Positions 37,498-46,469 of a stretch of 64,000 nucleotides of DNA are shown piece by piece. Position numbers and translations under genes: made by a program. Position 1 is the stretch's first letter. Each line of letters opens with the position of its first letter. The notes beneath the pieces were generated by a model. That model saw nothing but the letters and a program-made list of their open reading frames with translations. It did not search any database and had not been told where the DNA came from. The DNA is taken from positions 22,336 through 86,335 of the forward strand of contig JAGMCF010000058.1 in assembly GCA_023129415.1 (NCBI GenBank). Reading direction: 5' to 3'. Source of the DNA: Candidatus Cloacimonadota bacterium. Lineage in GTDB: Bacteria > Cloacimonadota > Cloacimonadia > JGIOTU-2.

Positions 37498-37606
37498 AAA
37501 AGCAAATTAATTAAGAAGCAAAATAAAATACATTTGGAGGCTTACAATGAAAAAAATCTTCGCTTTATTATTAGTCTTAATACCATTAAGTTTATTCGCT
37601 CAAAAG
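37447..37606 (+). repeat. 160-bp direct repeat, copy 1: livF-like tail + 5'UTR/SD + signal-peptide codons
   Basis: It aligns with 39950-40109 at a constant offset of 2503 nt. The core (ggatagaaaagcaaattaattaagaagcaaaataaaatacatttggaggcttacaatgaaaaaaatcttcgc) is identical. Confidence 0.9.
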
Positions 37607-39631
37607 ATTCATGATTCTCATAGAGATTTCATCCCTATTTCAGGACTTGAAAGAGGGACAATAATATTACCCTATACCGATGCGGTGTTTACAGGTGCTA
37701 TAGATTACGAATTTGTCGTTGAACCAACAACTGTTATGACATCTTATTATGATTATATACCGGGCGGATTTTCTGGTTTTCCAATAGAGAAACAGATTTT
37801 TAACGGAAATGGAACCTATCTCACATTTTGCGCCAAGGAAACACCTGATGCATCCCGACGCCAGTATTATGCATACTTTAATGAGTCTGGAAACTTAGTT
37901 GACTATGGTCCTATTTCAGTTTATGATGTATTGCAGGGATTTGGTGATATCGTCTTGCATCCAGCAACAGGAAACTGCATTGCATCGTGGCATGAAATTT
38001 CCACTGGAGAACATAATGCTTGTACACTTACGTACGATGATTATAATCTTCTTGGACTCCCAGGTTTTTGGTCCACTGTTACTATAATAAACCCAACTCT
38101 ACCTGATGAGTATATATGGCCAAGATTATACATAGGCACTTCTCCAGAAGGTGATGATTGGGTTAGAATATATCATATTTCTCAAAACAGTGCTCTTGAT
38201 CCGTATGATTATCCCTGTGAAGATGTGAGGATTATGTATATGGATATAGAAAATACATTAACAGCTGACCTCACTCAAATTTTGAATCTTAGTAATTGGA
38301 CTACTATTACTCCAATGTATTATTGGAGAGATAAATCCTGCAGACCGCTTTCCCTTTCCTTTGCAGTTGATAAATACAATCCTGGGAAAGTAGGTCTCAT
38401 TGGGTATTGCGTCTGGAATGAAGGCGATCTTGGGAATATGCCGACTAATCCGGGACTTTTCGTGTGGGAATCCTTTGATTATGGTGAAACATGGAATACA
38501 GCAAATCTTCATAGCCACAGTCAAACTTCAAGCACAACTTTATATCAAGTTGAAAATAAACCTCAATTCCAATTTAATGGTGTGATTCCTGATGAACTTG
38601 ATGTTGAGGTATTCGGATTTAATAATTCAGCCTACTATTATTATGGAAATCTTGTCATGACCTATTTGCAAAGTTATACATACACAAATCCCCAAACTCA
38701 TGAAACTTATTATTTAAATCACTTTATTCCACAAGCAGAAGCGATATGGGATAGTTATTATTCGGAATTTATATTTCAAGAAGTGCCGCACCTTCCAGGG
38801 TATGATTTGTTATCAGGACAAAGTGTTCCATGGAAAATTGTTGATAATGATACGATACTATACATCGTTGTAGCTTACCCTGCAAGCGACTATGGTGATT
38901 TACAGAAAAATGCGATTTCTTACTGGGGAGAGTATGAACCAAGAATTCAGATCTGGTCTGATGCAACATATCTTACTATGGCTCAGTTAGGATATCACCA
39001 ATATGATGAATATCTTGAACACCCGATTATAAATATTGCGTTCTCATACCTACTTATGCTTACTACTGAGTGGATGCCAGATTGGATATCTATGATAGAA
39101 CTTACCGATATTAATAATCCTTTATTTAATTTTTCTGATCAGATTACCATATTTCCTTATGTAGATAATTTTATTCATTACATAGGTTACTCTGATGATG
39201 GCTGGAGCGGTTGGAATGAAATATATTTGTATTACTTTGATGATAATTCTTTTGGTCATTATGTGCCAGGTCCTAATCCAGGTGGACAGATAAAATACTG
39301 TGTTGTTAAATTCAGAGTATATCAATGGAGTATTGACCAACAATATTCAAAATTACTTTTTTCCATCAACAAGCCAAATCCATTTTCGAGTAGTACAGAT
39401 ATTTATTTTTCTTCTACAAAACCCATCAAAGAAGCAAAAGTGAAAATTTATAATACAAAAGGGCAGCTTATCAATACTCTCAATGTAAATAATGGTGCGA
39501 CTTCCACAGAGGGTTATGCTGTTTGGAATGGTAAAGACATGAATGGAAATGATGTCGCAAATGGTATTTATCTCTACAAAATTGTAACACCAGAAGCTTC
39601 TCAGACTGGGAAAATGTTATTAACTAGATAA
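37547..39631 (+). CDS. secreted protein with T9SS-type C-terminal sorting domain, function unknown
   Basis: Signal peptide MKKIFALLLVLIPLSLFAQ. The last ~85 aa (NKPNPFSSSTDIYF...VKIYNTKGQLI...NGIYLYKIV...KMLLTR) resemble a Por secretion-tail CTD. Confidence 0.7.
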   Translation: MKKIFALLLVLIPLSLFAQKIHDSHRDFIPISGLERGTIILPYTDAVFTGAIDYEFVVEPTTVMTSYYDYIPGGFSGFPIEKQIFNGNGTYLTFCAKETPDASRRQYYAYFNESGNLVDYGPISVYDVLQGFGDIVLHPATGNCIASWHEISTGEHNACTLTYDDYNLLGLPGFWSTVTIINPTLPDEYIWPRLYIGTSPEGDDWVRIYHISQNSALDPYDYPCEDVRIMYMDIENTLTADLTQILNLSNWTTITPMYYWRDKSCRPLSLSFAVDKYNPGKVGLIGYCVWNEGDLGNMPTNPGLFVWESFDYGETWNTANLHSHSQTSSTTLYQVENKPQFQFNGVIPDELDVEVFGFNNSAYYYYGNLVMTYLQSYTYTNPQTHETYYLNHFIPQAEAIWDSYYSEFIFQEVPHLPGYDLLSGQSVPWKIVDNDTILYIVVAYPASDYGDLQKNAISYWGEYEPRIQIWSDATYLTMAQLGYHQYDEYLEHPIINIAFSYLLMLTTEWMPDWISMIELTDINNPLFNFSDQITIFPYVDNFIHYIGYSDDGWSGWNEIYLYYFDDNSFGHYVPGPNPGGQIKYCVVKFRVYQWSIDQQYSKLLFSINKPNPFSSSTDIYFSSTKPIKEAKVKIYNTKGQLINTLNVNNGATSTEGYAVWNGKDMNGNDVANGIYLYKIVTPEASQTGKMLLTR

Positions 39632-39649
39632 TATCAAAGAAATATTTCA

Positions 39650-40000
39650 AGAAAAATCAGTATTGCCCAAACAAGAAGCCAGAAAATATAGAAAAAAGAT
39701 ACTCAAGATTAGAGAGCAATGTCCTTTCTGAGGAGTGAGAAGAATGATTGAGAAACTGGAATTAAACTATTCCCATACTACTGTTCATAAGAAGATAAAA
39801 CAAGCTTGTCAGATTAAGAAGAAGAAAAAGATATAAATAGAGACGGGACTACTATTCTGCTGGTTGAGCAGAATGCAAGAATGGCTTTGGAATATGCAGA
39901 CTGATGTTATGTTTTTGAAATTGGTAAAATTGCATTTAAAGATGAAGCAAAAAACCTTCTTGAGAATGATGAGGTCAGGAAATCATTCTTGGGTGGATAG
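39650..40000 (+). pseudogene. decayed remnant of a LivF/LivG-like branched-chain amino acid ABC transporter ATPase gene
   Basis: Positions 39842-40000 translate to DGTTILLVEQNARMALEYAD*CYVFEIGKIAFKDEAKNLLENDEVRKSFLGG*, with an in-frame TGA at 39902. Upstream there are only frameshifted traces of an LSGGE-like signature. Confidence 0.5.
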
Positions 40001-40109
40001 AAAAGCAAATTAATTAAGAAGCAAAATAAAATACATTTGGAGGCTTACAATGAAAAAAATCTTCGCATTATTATTAATCATAATACCATTTAGTTTATTT
40101 GCACAAGGT
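39950..40109 (+). repeat. 160-bp direct repeat, copy 2
   Basis: See copy 1. Similarity stops after codon 20 (signal peptide ...SLFAQ) of both downstream genes. Confidence 0.9.
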
Positions 40110-42434
40110 ATTGACTACTCACCATTCTCGGTTGCAACCACAGACAATTTTCTTGCAACAAAAGTAAATCCTGCAGCACTTGGATTTGGAAATGCTGGTG
40201 GCTTGGGATATGTGCAATATTTTGAAGAAGGAAAATTTCAAAGAAATTACTCGCTATTCTTTAACATGAAAAACCTTGGCTATTGCTTTGAAAATATTCA
40301 GGATAATCTAAGTATTCATACTCTTGCAAATGGTTTTAATGGTGGAATAGAAAATATGTATCTGGGTTGGGATTATACCTGGGAAAATAGTAAATTCAAA
40401 AAGGGTAATTGGAGATTATCTCTATTGTATAGACCATTTGACTTTTTATCCTTTGGTGCTGTAGGAAGCAAGTTAACAAATGATAACAGATATGGAAAAA
40501 TAGGTTTTGCTCTAAGACCAATTTCTATTAAAGACAAATTTTGGGATAGATTAACTTTTAACTGTGACTTCCAATATGAAAATAACAAATGGAGAAAACC
40601 AATTTTGGGCTTAGAAACTGAACTTTTTAATGGCATTCAACTTGGTGGTTCTTATAATATTGATGAAGAAACCTTCTCAGCGAATTTCAGCATAAACTTT
40701 TCCAAAATCAATGTTGGAACAAGTATTACTTCTAATGATAATAATCACGGTTTATGCTATGCCAATATTTCAAATAAGAATTTCAGAACAATTTTGAAAA
40801 AGAAGCCACCAAGGAAATTTTACGATTATAAACTAAAAGGTCTTATCCTTGATCAAAAGTCAAAGCAAAAAATTGGTCCATTTCAAATAGTAACCACTAA
40901 AGGGCATACAATATCTGAAATACTTAAAACAATTAAAGAACTAAAAGAAAATGATGAAGTTAAAGGAATAGTTTTCAAATCCGGAAATATTGCTGCAAGT
41001 GTTGCAAAATATGAAGAAATTAAAGATGCATTACTGGATTTCAAATCTGCTGATAAAAAAATTGTTTATTACTTCGAAGACATTGGGAATATGAATTATG
41101 TTATGGCAGCAGCGGTTGGCGATAAAATTTATCTCAATCCATCCGGATGGATTGACCTCTCTGGTTTCTCTTTATCAATGCCTTATCTCAAAGACCTATT
41201 GGATACTCTGGGCATACAAGTCATAAGTTTCCGCAGCCATGACTATAAAACTGCTGGTAATATCCTGTCAGAAAATGAGATGACTGAAGCAGAAAAAGAA
41301 ATGTTAACCTACTACCTTGAAGGAATATATGATGCAATGGTTTCTATGATTGCACAAGGAAGAGAAATAAACAAAGAAAAAGTAAAAGAATTAATTGATG
41401 AAGGTCCATACTTTATTGCCAAAGATGCCTTAAATGCTGGTTTGATAGATGGGATCATATATGAAGATGAACTTGAGGATAAAATAAAAAATGAATTTGA
41501 TGATGCAAAAATTGTTAAAAAACACAAAAAGGATATGTTCAGATATGATTGGAGTAATGAATATAAACCCAAAATTGCAGTAATTTACGCTACAGGATTT
41601 ATTCATTCAGGAAAAGGACAACAAGGTAGGTCTATCGGCTCAGAGACAATGGCAAAAGCAATAAAATCCGCAAGAGAAAATATATCAATCAAAGGGATTG
41701 TTTTTAGAATAGACAGCGGAGGAGGTTCCGCGCTTGCTTCTGATATTATATGCAGAGAAATATCTCTTTGTAAAGAAGGCAAAAATGCAAAGCCTGTTGT
41801 CGTTTCAATGTCTGGTGTAGCTGGCTCAGGGGGATATTACATTGCTTGCAAAGCTGATAAAATTGTAGCAGAACCAAGCACTGTAACTGGCTCTATTGGA
41901 GTTATTGGAGTATTATTTAATCTGGAAAGGCTTTATGAAAAGATTCATGTCAATATAGAAACAGTAAAAAGGGGAAAACATGCTGACATTGGTTCCACAA
42001 GCAGAAAGATGACTGAGGAAGAGATTAAAATAATTGAGAATGCAATTGAAAGTTGTTATTGGGATTTTATAGATAAAGTTGCTGAAGGACGAGGAATGAC
42101 AAGAGAAGAGATTCATGAAATTGCTCAAGGTAGAATCTGGACTGGTAGGCAAGCTCAGGATAGAGGATTGATTGATGAATTAGGTGGAATGAATAAAGCT
42201 ATTGATATATTAAAGAATTTAGCAAATATTGATAAAGATGTTGAGGTTGTAGTTTATCCAAAAACAAAACCCAGTTTTACTATTTCACTTGATTCTGATC
42301 TGCCAGGAATGAAAACTGATGCTTTACCGGAAGAGGTTAGAAATATAGTGGAAATAATTAAAGATGCAAATTTCTATATAGATGAAAAAATTCTGTATTT
42401 GATACCGTATAAATTTTCAGAAAAGATGAGGTAA
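40050..42434 (+). CDS. sppA: signal peptide peptidase SppA (two S49 domains) with an extra ~235-aa N-terminal domain
   Basis: Two ClpP/S49-like halves (IKGIVFKSGN...; IKGIVFRIDSGGGSALASD...GVAGSGGYYIA) are preceded by a cleavable-looking signal peptide and an unassigned domain. Confidence 0.8.
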   Translation: MKKIFALLLIIIPFSLFAQGIDYSPFSVATTDNFLATKVNPAALGFGNAGGLGYVQYFEEGKFQRNYSLFFNMKNLGYCFENIQDNLSIHTLANGFNGGIENMYLGWDYTWENSKFKKGNWRLSLLYRPFDFLSFGAVGSKLTNDNRYGKIGFALRPISIKDKFWDRLTFNCDFQYENNKWRKPILGLETELFNGIQLGGSYNIDEETFSANFSINFSKINVGTSITSNDNNHGLCYANISNKNFRTILKKKPPRKFYDYKLKGLILDQKSKQKIGPFQIVTTKGHTISEILKTIKELKENDEVKGIVFKSGNIAASVAKYEEIKDALLDFKSADKKIVYYFEDIGNMNYVMAAAVGDKIYLNPSGWIDLSGFSLSMPYLKDLLDTLGIQVISFRSHDYKTAGNILSENEMTEAEKEMLTYYLEGIYDAMVSMIAQGREINKEKVKELIDEGPYFIAKDALNAGLIDGIIYEDELEDKIKNEFDDAKIVKKHKKDMFRYDWSNEYKPKIAVIYATGFIHSGKGQQGRSIGSETMAKAIKSARENISIKGIVFRIDSGGGSALASDIICREISLCKEGKNAKPVVVSMSGVAGSGGYYIACKADKIVAEPSTVTGSIGVIGVLFNLERLYEKIHVNIETVKRGKHADIGSTSRKMTEEEIKIIENAIESCYWDFIDKVAEGRGMTREEIHEIAQGRIWTGRQAQDRGLIDELGGMNKAIDILKNLANIDKDVEVVVYPKTKPSFTISLDSDLPGMKTDALPEEVRNIVEIIKDANFYIDEKILYLIPYKFSEKMR

Positions 42435-42443
42435 AAGGAATAT

Positions 42444-42485
42444 TTGAAACTTGAAACTTGATACTTGATACTTGATACTTGAAAC
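42444..42485. repeat. 7-bp tandem repeat x6 (ttgaWac) between the convergent sppA and yjbQ genes
   Basis: The sequence reads ttgaaac ttgaaac ttgatac ttgatac ttgatac ttgaaac. Confidence 0.85.
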
Positions 42486-42504
42486 CTCTAACTTCTAACT
42501 CATA

Positions 42505-42900
42505 TTACTTTCCAATTATTTTAACAAACACTTTCCTATTCCTTGGTCCATCAAACTCGCAGAAGAAAATCGCCTGCCAGGTTCCTAAAACCAAAGAACC
42601 ATTCTCAATTATTACAGATTCAGAACAACCAATAATACTAGATTTAATATGAGCTGCAGAATTCCCTTCCAGATGTTGATAATTATCCCTAAGTGGAATA
42701 ACCTTATCCAGTTCATACAAAAGGTCTTTGACAACAGATGGGTCTGCTCCTTCATTAATTGTAATTGCTGCTGTTGTATGTGGACAATAGATTGTTACAA
42801 TCCCATCTTTCACACCTGAATCTTTTATCAGTTTCTGGACCTGTGAAGTGATATTAATACATTCAAACTGTTTATGGCTTCTTACCTGTAAAGTCCGCAA
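42505..42900 (-). CDS. YjbQ/UPF0047 family protein (secondary thiamine-phosphate synthase-like)
   Basis: TTG start. INITSQV, VTIYCPHTTAAITINEGADP and HIKSSIIG are typical of the YjbQ family. Confidence 0.75.
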   Translation of the reverse strand: MRTLQVRSHKQFECINITSQVQKLIKDSGVKDGIVTIYCPHTTAAITINEGADPSVVKDLLYELDKVIPLRDNYQHLEGNSAAHIKSSIIGCSESVIIENGSLVLGTWQAIFFCEFDGPRNRKVFVKIIGK

Positions 42901-43037
42901 GTCAACGCCTCATTTCGTCAAAATTTGTATATAAAAATATAGAATAATCTCTATATGAAATTTAACAACATTTGTTTGTTTATTCTATATGTTTTACCTG
43001 GTTAAAACTAATCCGTAGTTTCTTCTACTTCTACTTT

Positions 43038-43664
43038 TTACCTGTCTGGGCGCAAAGCCTGATAGATTAATAACATATAAGGTGCAGAATCTAAATTGGA
43101 TTTCACTTGCCATTTATAGCAATACTTATCCTTAATCTTTTGTACTTTTATTTTTGAATTATGTTTAACAACATTTGAATTAGTTATTATTTCAAATTCA
43201 CCTTCTATTTTTAAGTTAAACTGTTCCATTTGGGCTAAAAATTCTTTATCTAATTGAAATCCGGAAATTTCTATTGTATCGTTCTTACTATAAACAATTG
43301 AAAAGAAGCAGCATTGTTCGTCAAAGAAGTAAAAAGATTCACCTGGTTTTCCTGTCTTCTCATACAAAACTTCAAATTGTCCTTTGCCAATGTAATTTAC
43401 TTTCTTAAACTCAGGTTCTTCTTTAAACTCATTTTCATATTCCTTCATCTCCGCTTCATCCTCTTCAGAAAGAGGTGCTTCAATAGCAGCTGCTCGAGCA
43501 AATAAATATGTTAAAATACCATCATAAATAAAAGAATAAGAACCATCATTATTTACTTCAATTTTTACAGTAAATTCTTCAGGAATAAAGCATGAAACTA
43601 ATATCAAAACCATTGTAAATACTAATAGATATCTAAAACATAAATTAATATTTTTCTTTTTCAT
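43038..43664 (-). CDS. hypothetical lipoprotein
   Basis: The start was set at ATG 43664 (MKKKNINL...), and the lipobox is LVSC. The 23 upstream codons in the ORF track are repeat-element sequence. Confidence 0.5.
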   Translation of the reverse strand: MKKKNINLCFRYLLVFTMVLILVSCFIPEEFTVKIEVNNDGSYSFIYDGILTYLFARAAAIEAPLSEEDEAEMKEYENEFKEEPEFKKVNYIGKGQFEVLYEKTGKPGESFYFFDEQCCFFSIVYSKNDTIEISGFQLDKEFLAQMEQFNLKIEGEFEIITNSNVVKHNSKIKVQKIKDKYCYKWQVKSNLDSAPYMLLIYQALRPDR

Positions 43665-43850
43665 CTGAAAATCCCTTCGCCACAAAGGTTCATCCTTCGC
43701 AGTAGCAGTCCTACTGCTACGGAGAATGGACACAAAGACACAAAGAAAAAAATTAAAAACATGATTAATTCAACAACTCTAATGTAATTTTCGTGCTCCT
43801 TTGTGTCAGTTCGCTGACATGAGTGTTTCATCTGAAAATCCTTTGCCACA
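43665..43850 (-). repeat. start-codon-abutting repeat element, copy B (with the 68-bp module nested) plus the 3' end of a second unit
   Basis: The reverse complement reads ...tgtggcaaaggattttcag|atgaaacactcatgtc-hairpin-acaaaggagcacgaaaattacattagagttgttgaattaatcatgtttttaattttttt ctttgtgtctttgtg[68-bp module]tttgtggcgaagggattttcag|ATG. Confidence 0.85.
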
Positions 43851-43933
43851 GACCTGCCCGCCGCTTAGCTTTGGCAGGCGGGGACACAGAGAACACAGAC
43901 CTGCCCGCCGCACAAGGCTTTGGCAGGCGGGGA
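43851..43933. repeat. two near-identical GC-rich hairpins (gacctgcccgcc-loop-ggcaggcgggga)
   Basis: They lie at 43851-43884 and 43898-43933 and are related to the ctgtccgcc...ggcgg units at 26161-26290 and 28667-28690. Confidence 0.8.
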
Positions 43934-44066
43934 TAATTTCTATTTCTTTTTTTATTATATGATGTTTCTGTCTCTGCAGATAATTTTCATACTCCTTTGT
44001 CCGCCAGCTCTCCCGATATATCGGGAATATATCGGGGATAGAATCGGGTCTGACGGAAGGAGTGTT

Positions 44067-46256
44067 TTATTTTAACTCTGGTCTAAGTACAGAGGATGGG
44101 ATAATTTCAAATTTACTTAAACCTGGGGGCTGCCATAATAAGAAACAAGAAGCATAGCCTGTTTTTTCAAATATTTCCAATTTAATGTCATGCCATTTAT
44201 CGCCATCTAAAAATACAGAACCTGTGGTCTTCTCTGGTTCCCAATTAAAGTCATGAACCCATTCATCTAAAACTATCTTACCATCAAACAATAATCTAAA
44301 TCCAATATCAGTATCTTTACCAACATAATCGTCATCACCAGGCCATCTCCAACCCCAGGACTGTTTATTTCTGCCTTTCCAGAGACCTTCTTTATAACCA
44401 CCTATGCAGAATTTATAAGTGCCCAATACTGAAGTATGGATTTTCCCAGTCCAGCGAACATAAAAATAATCAGCAGTTACATCGGGAGCTGGGATTCTCT
44501 CTCCCCAACGGAAAGCGATTCTTGAGTCAATCTGAACGGTTGTTGGATTAAATTCTGGAACTTTTTCTGGACCTTCTTTATCTTCCCAGGGAGAAAGATT
44601 AAAATATTCACCTTTTAAGCCATGTTCGCTAGTTGGTATAATTGGCTCCTCTTTTTCAGAAATCCGACTCAAAGCAAACGCAAATATGTTCTCCTGGTCT
44701 TCGTTAACTTCAATAATTTGTATCAAATCTTCAAATTCAGGTTTGCTAAGATAAATTTCATAATGACCCGGAGTAAGAGAAATTTCTGTATTTGAATATC
44801 CATAATCTTGCCTATTAATCAGGATTTTAGCATTATCAGGAGTAGATTTTATCATAACTGGTATCGGATTACCGGTTGAAGCGGCATAAAGTCCCGCCTT
44901 TGAAATTGCATCCTCTGCTTCTGCTAACATTTCTACAAAATCTTTCCTATTAATTGTTAATTTATTGTAGGATGCTTCTATTGCTTTTTTCTCGCTTTTT
45001 GGGCTGACTCCTTTTCCTGAAGCAGAAAAACTACTTACCTCTTCACCTGTGGATTTTACAACCATGAAAAGGGTCAATTCAGAATTAGCTATAAATTGCT
45101 TTCCTTTAAACCCTTCAATTTCTTGTGTGTCAACAACTGAAACCTTTCCTTGTAATAGCAATCCTGCTTGATTTGAAACAGTATGACCTGATTTTTCAAC
45201 TGATTTAGCAATTTTATCTTCAACTTTTGGTAAGGGATTTCCTTTCTCATCTCTAATAGAAATAGAAAATGAAGTTGGAGTTACTTCAGAAATATTATAT
45301 TGCGCGATTGCTTCTGCATTAATAAGATACTTTTTATATAAAGTTGGTAAACGAGTCAAATTGGGTTTGATAATAACTTTGCCATGACCTGGAGTTGTTG
45401 AAATTGCAGTTACCCAACACTCAGCTTGGCCATCTTCATCAGTAGTAGTTTTTCCAATTAAAGTTTTATCTTCATATTTAATTGATAAAGGCATTTTGGG
45501 AATGGGTATTTTCTCATAAGCACCTGGATCCTTGTAGGTTGCAGTAAAAACAATCGGATCGGGCAAAAGAGTTCCTTCTTTTGCTGTTTGATTATTGCCA
45601 GAAATAATATTAATTTGAATGCCTGTTAATACCCTACGAATTTCGGATGTTAATCCAGCAAGTGTTATATCTTCTGTAATAATATATGGATTTGGTGATA
45701 TTGCATCATGGAATGCTTTTTTAGTATAAAAGGGTGTTACTAATTCTTGAGCATCAATATAATTTTCTAATCCTGCAAAAATTTTACCTTCTTTAATTAA
45801 ACTTCTTCCATCCTGAACTAACTTAGATATTCCACCCCACATTTTATCCAATTCTGCTCTTATGCCTGCTACATATTGACCTTTATCCAAAACAGCAAAT
45901 ACATAAAATTTGTTACCAACCTTCTCATGATTAACAATTCCAATTCCTTGAACTATCTCATTAACAGTTAAATTAATTGAAGATTTAAACAAATCAATAT
46001 ATGAAACACGGTCATCTACTTCTAATTCTTGGGTAAAGGATTCAACCTGAGATTCAATTGTAACATTAATTTGTGAAGCTATTTGAGCTGAAGCTTTAGA
46101 TTGTGCTTCTTCGTAACTTACACCTTCACCTACACCAATAAAATATGATTTAACAGGATAATCGGGAAGTTCACCTGTTGTATACCATTTTGGTGCTTTG
46201 GCAAAGGCTGATACTGCCAGTATCATAAAAATCGATATAAGTATTATTTTTTTCAT
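44067..46256 (-). CDS. exported multidomain protein: LPP20-like N-terminal domain, PEGA-like domain, C-terminal PA14-like domain
   Basis: Signal peptide, then PKWYTTG...YFIGVGEGVSYEEAQSKASAQIASQI (LPP20-like), IKSTPDNAKILINRQDYG..TPGHYEIYLSKPEFED (PEGA-like), and GLKGEYFN...YFYVRWTGKIH..GTYKF...DDY..LLFDGKIVLDEW (PA14-like). The start was set at ATG 46256. Confidence 0.6.
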   Translation of the reverse strand: MKKIILISIFMILAVSAFAKAPKWYTTGELPDYPVKSYFIGVGEGVSYEEAQSKASAQIASQINVTIESQVESFTQELEVDDRVSYIDLFKSSINLTVNEIVQGIGIVNHEKVGNKFYVFAVLDKGQYVAGIRAELDKMWGGISKLVQDGRSLIKEGKIFAGLENYIDAQELVTPFYTKKAFHDAISPNPYIITEDITLAGLTSEIRRVLTGIQINIISGNNQTAKEGTLLPDPIVFTATYKDPGAYEKIPIPKMPLSIKYEDKTLIGKTTTDEDGQAECWVTAISTTPGHGKVIIKPNLTRLPTLYKKYLINAEAIAQYNISEVTPTSFSISIRDEKGNPLPKVEDKIAKSVEKSGHTVSNQAGLLLQGKVSVVDTQEIEGFKGKQFIANSELTLFMVVKSTGEEVSSFSASGKGVSPKSEKKAIEASYNKLTINRKDFVEMLAEAEDAISKAGLYAASTGNPIPVMIKSTPDNAKILINRQDYGYSNTEISLTPGHYEIYLSKPEFEDLIQIIEVNEDQENIFAFALSRISEKEEPIIPTSEHGLKGEYFNLSPWEDKEGPEKVPEFNPTTVQIDSRIAFRWGERIPAPDVTADYFYVRWTGKIHTSVLGTYKFCIGGYKEGLWKGRNKQSWGWRWPGDDDYVGKDTDIGFRLLFDGKIVLDEWVHDFNWEPEKTTGSVFLDGDKWHDIKLEIFEKTGYASCFLLWQPPGLSKFEIIPSSVLRPELK

Positions 46257-46437
46257 CTGAAAATCCTTTCGCCACAAAGGCACAAAGACACAAAGTAAAT
46301 AAATAAAAACATGATAAATTCACCAAATCTTACACGCTCATTCCCAAGCCCTACCGAATTTAATTGGGTATTGGGAATGCCTGCAAATTTTCATGCTCCT
46401 TTGTATCCCGATTTTTCGGGGGACATGTATGTTTCAT
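46257..46437 (-). repeat. start-codon-abutting repeat element, copy C (variable region replaced by a cattcccaa...ttgggaatg hairpin)
   Basis: The reverse complement reads atgaaacatacatgtc-ccccgaaaaatcggg-atacaaaggagcatgaaaattt...atcatgtttttatttatttactttgtgtctttgtgcctttgtggcgaaaggattttcag|ATG. Confidence 0.85.
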
Positions 46438-46469
46438 AATTATATCCCCAGAAATTTGTAAGATATTAG

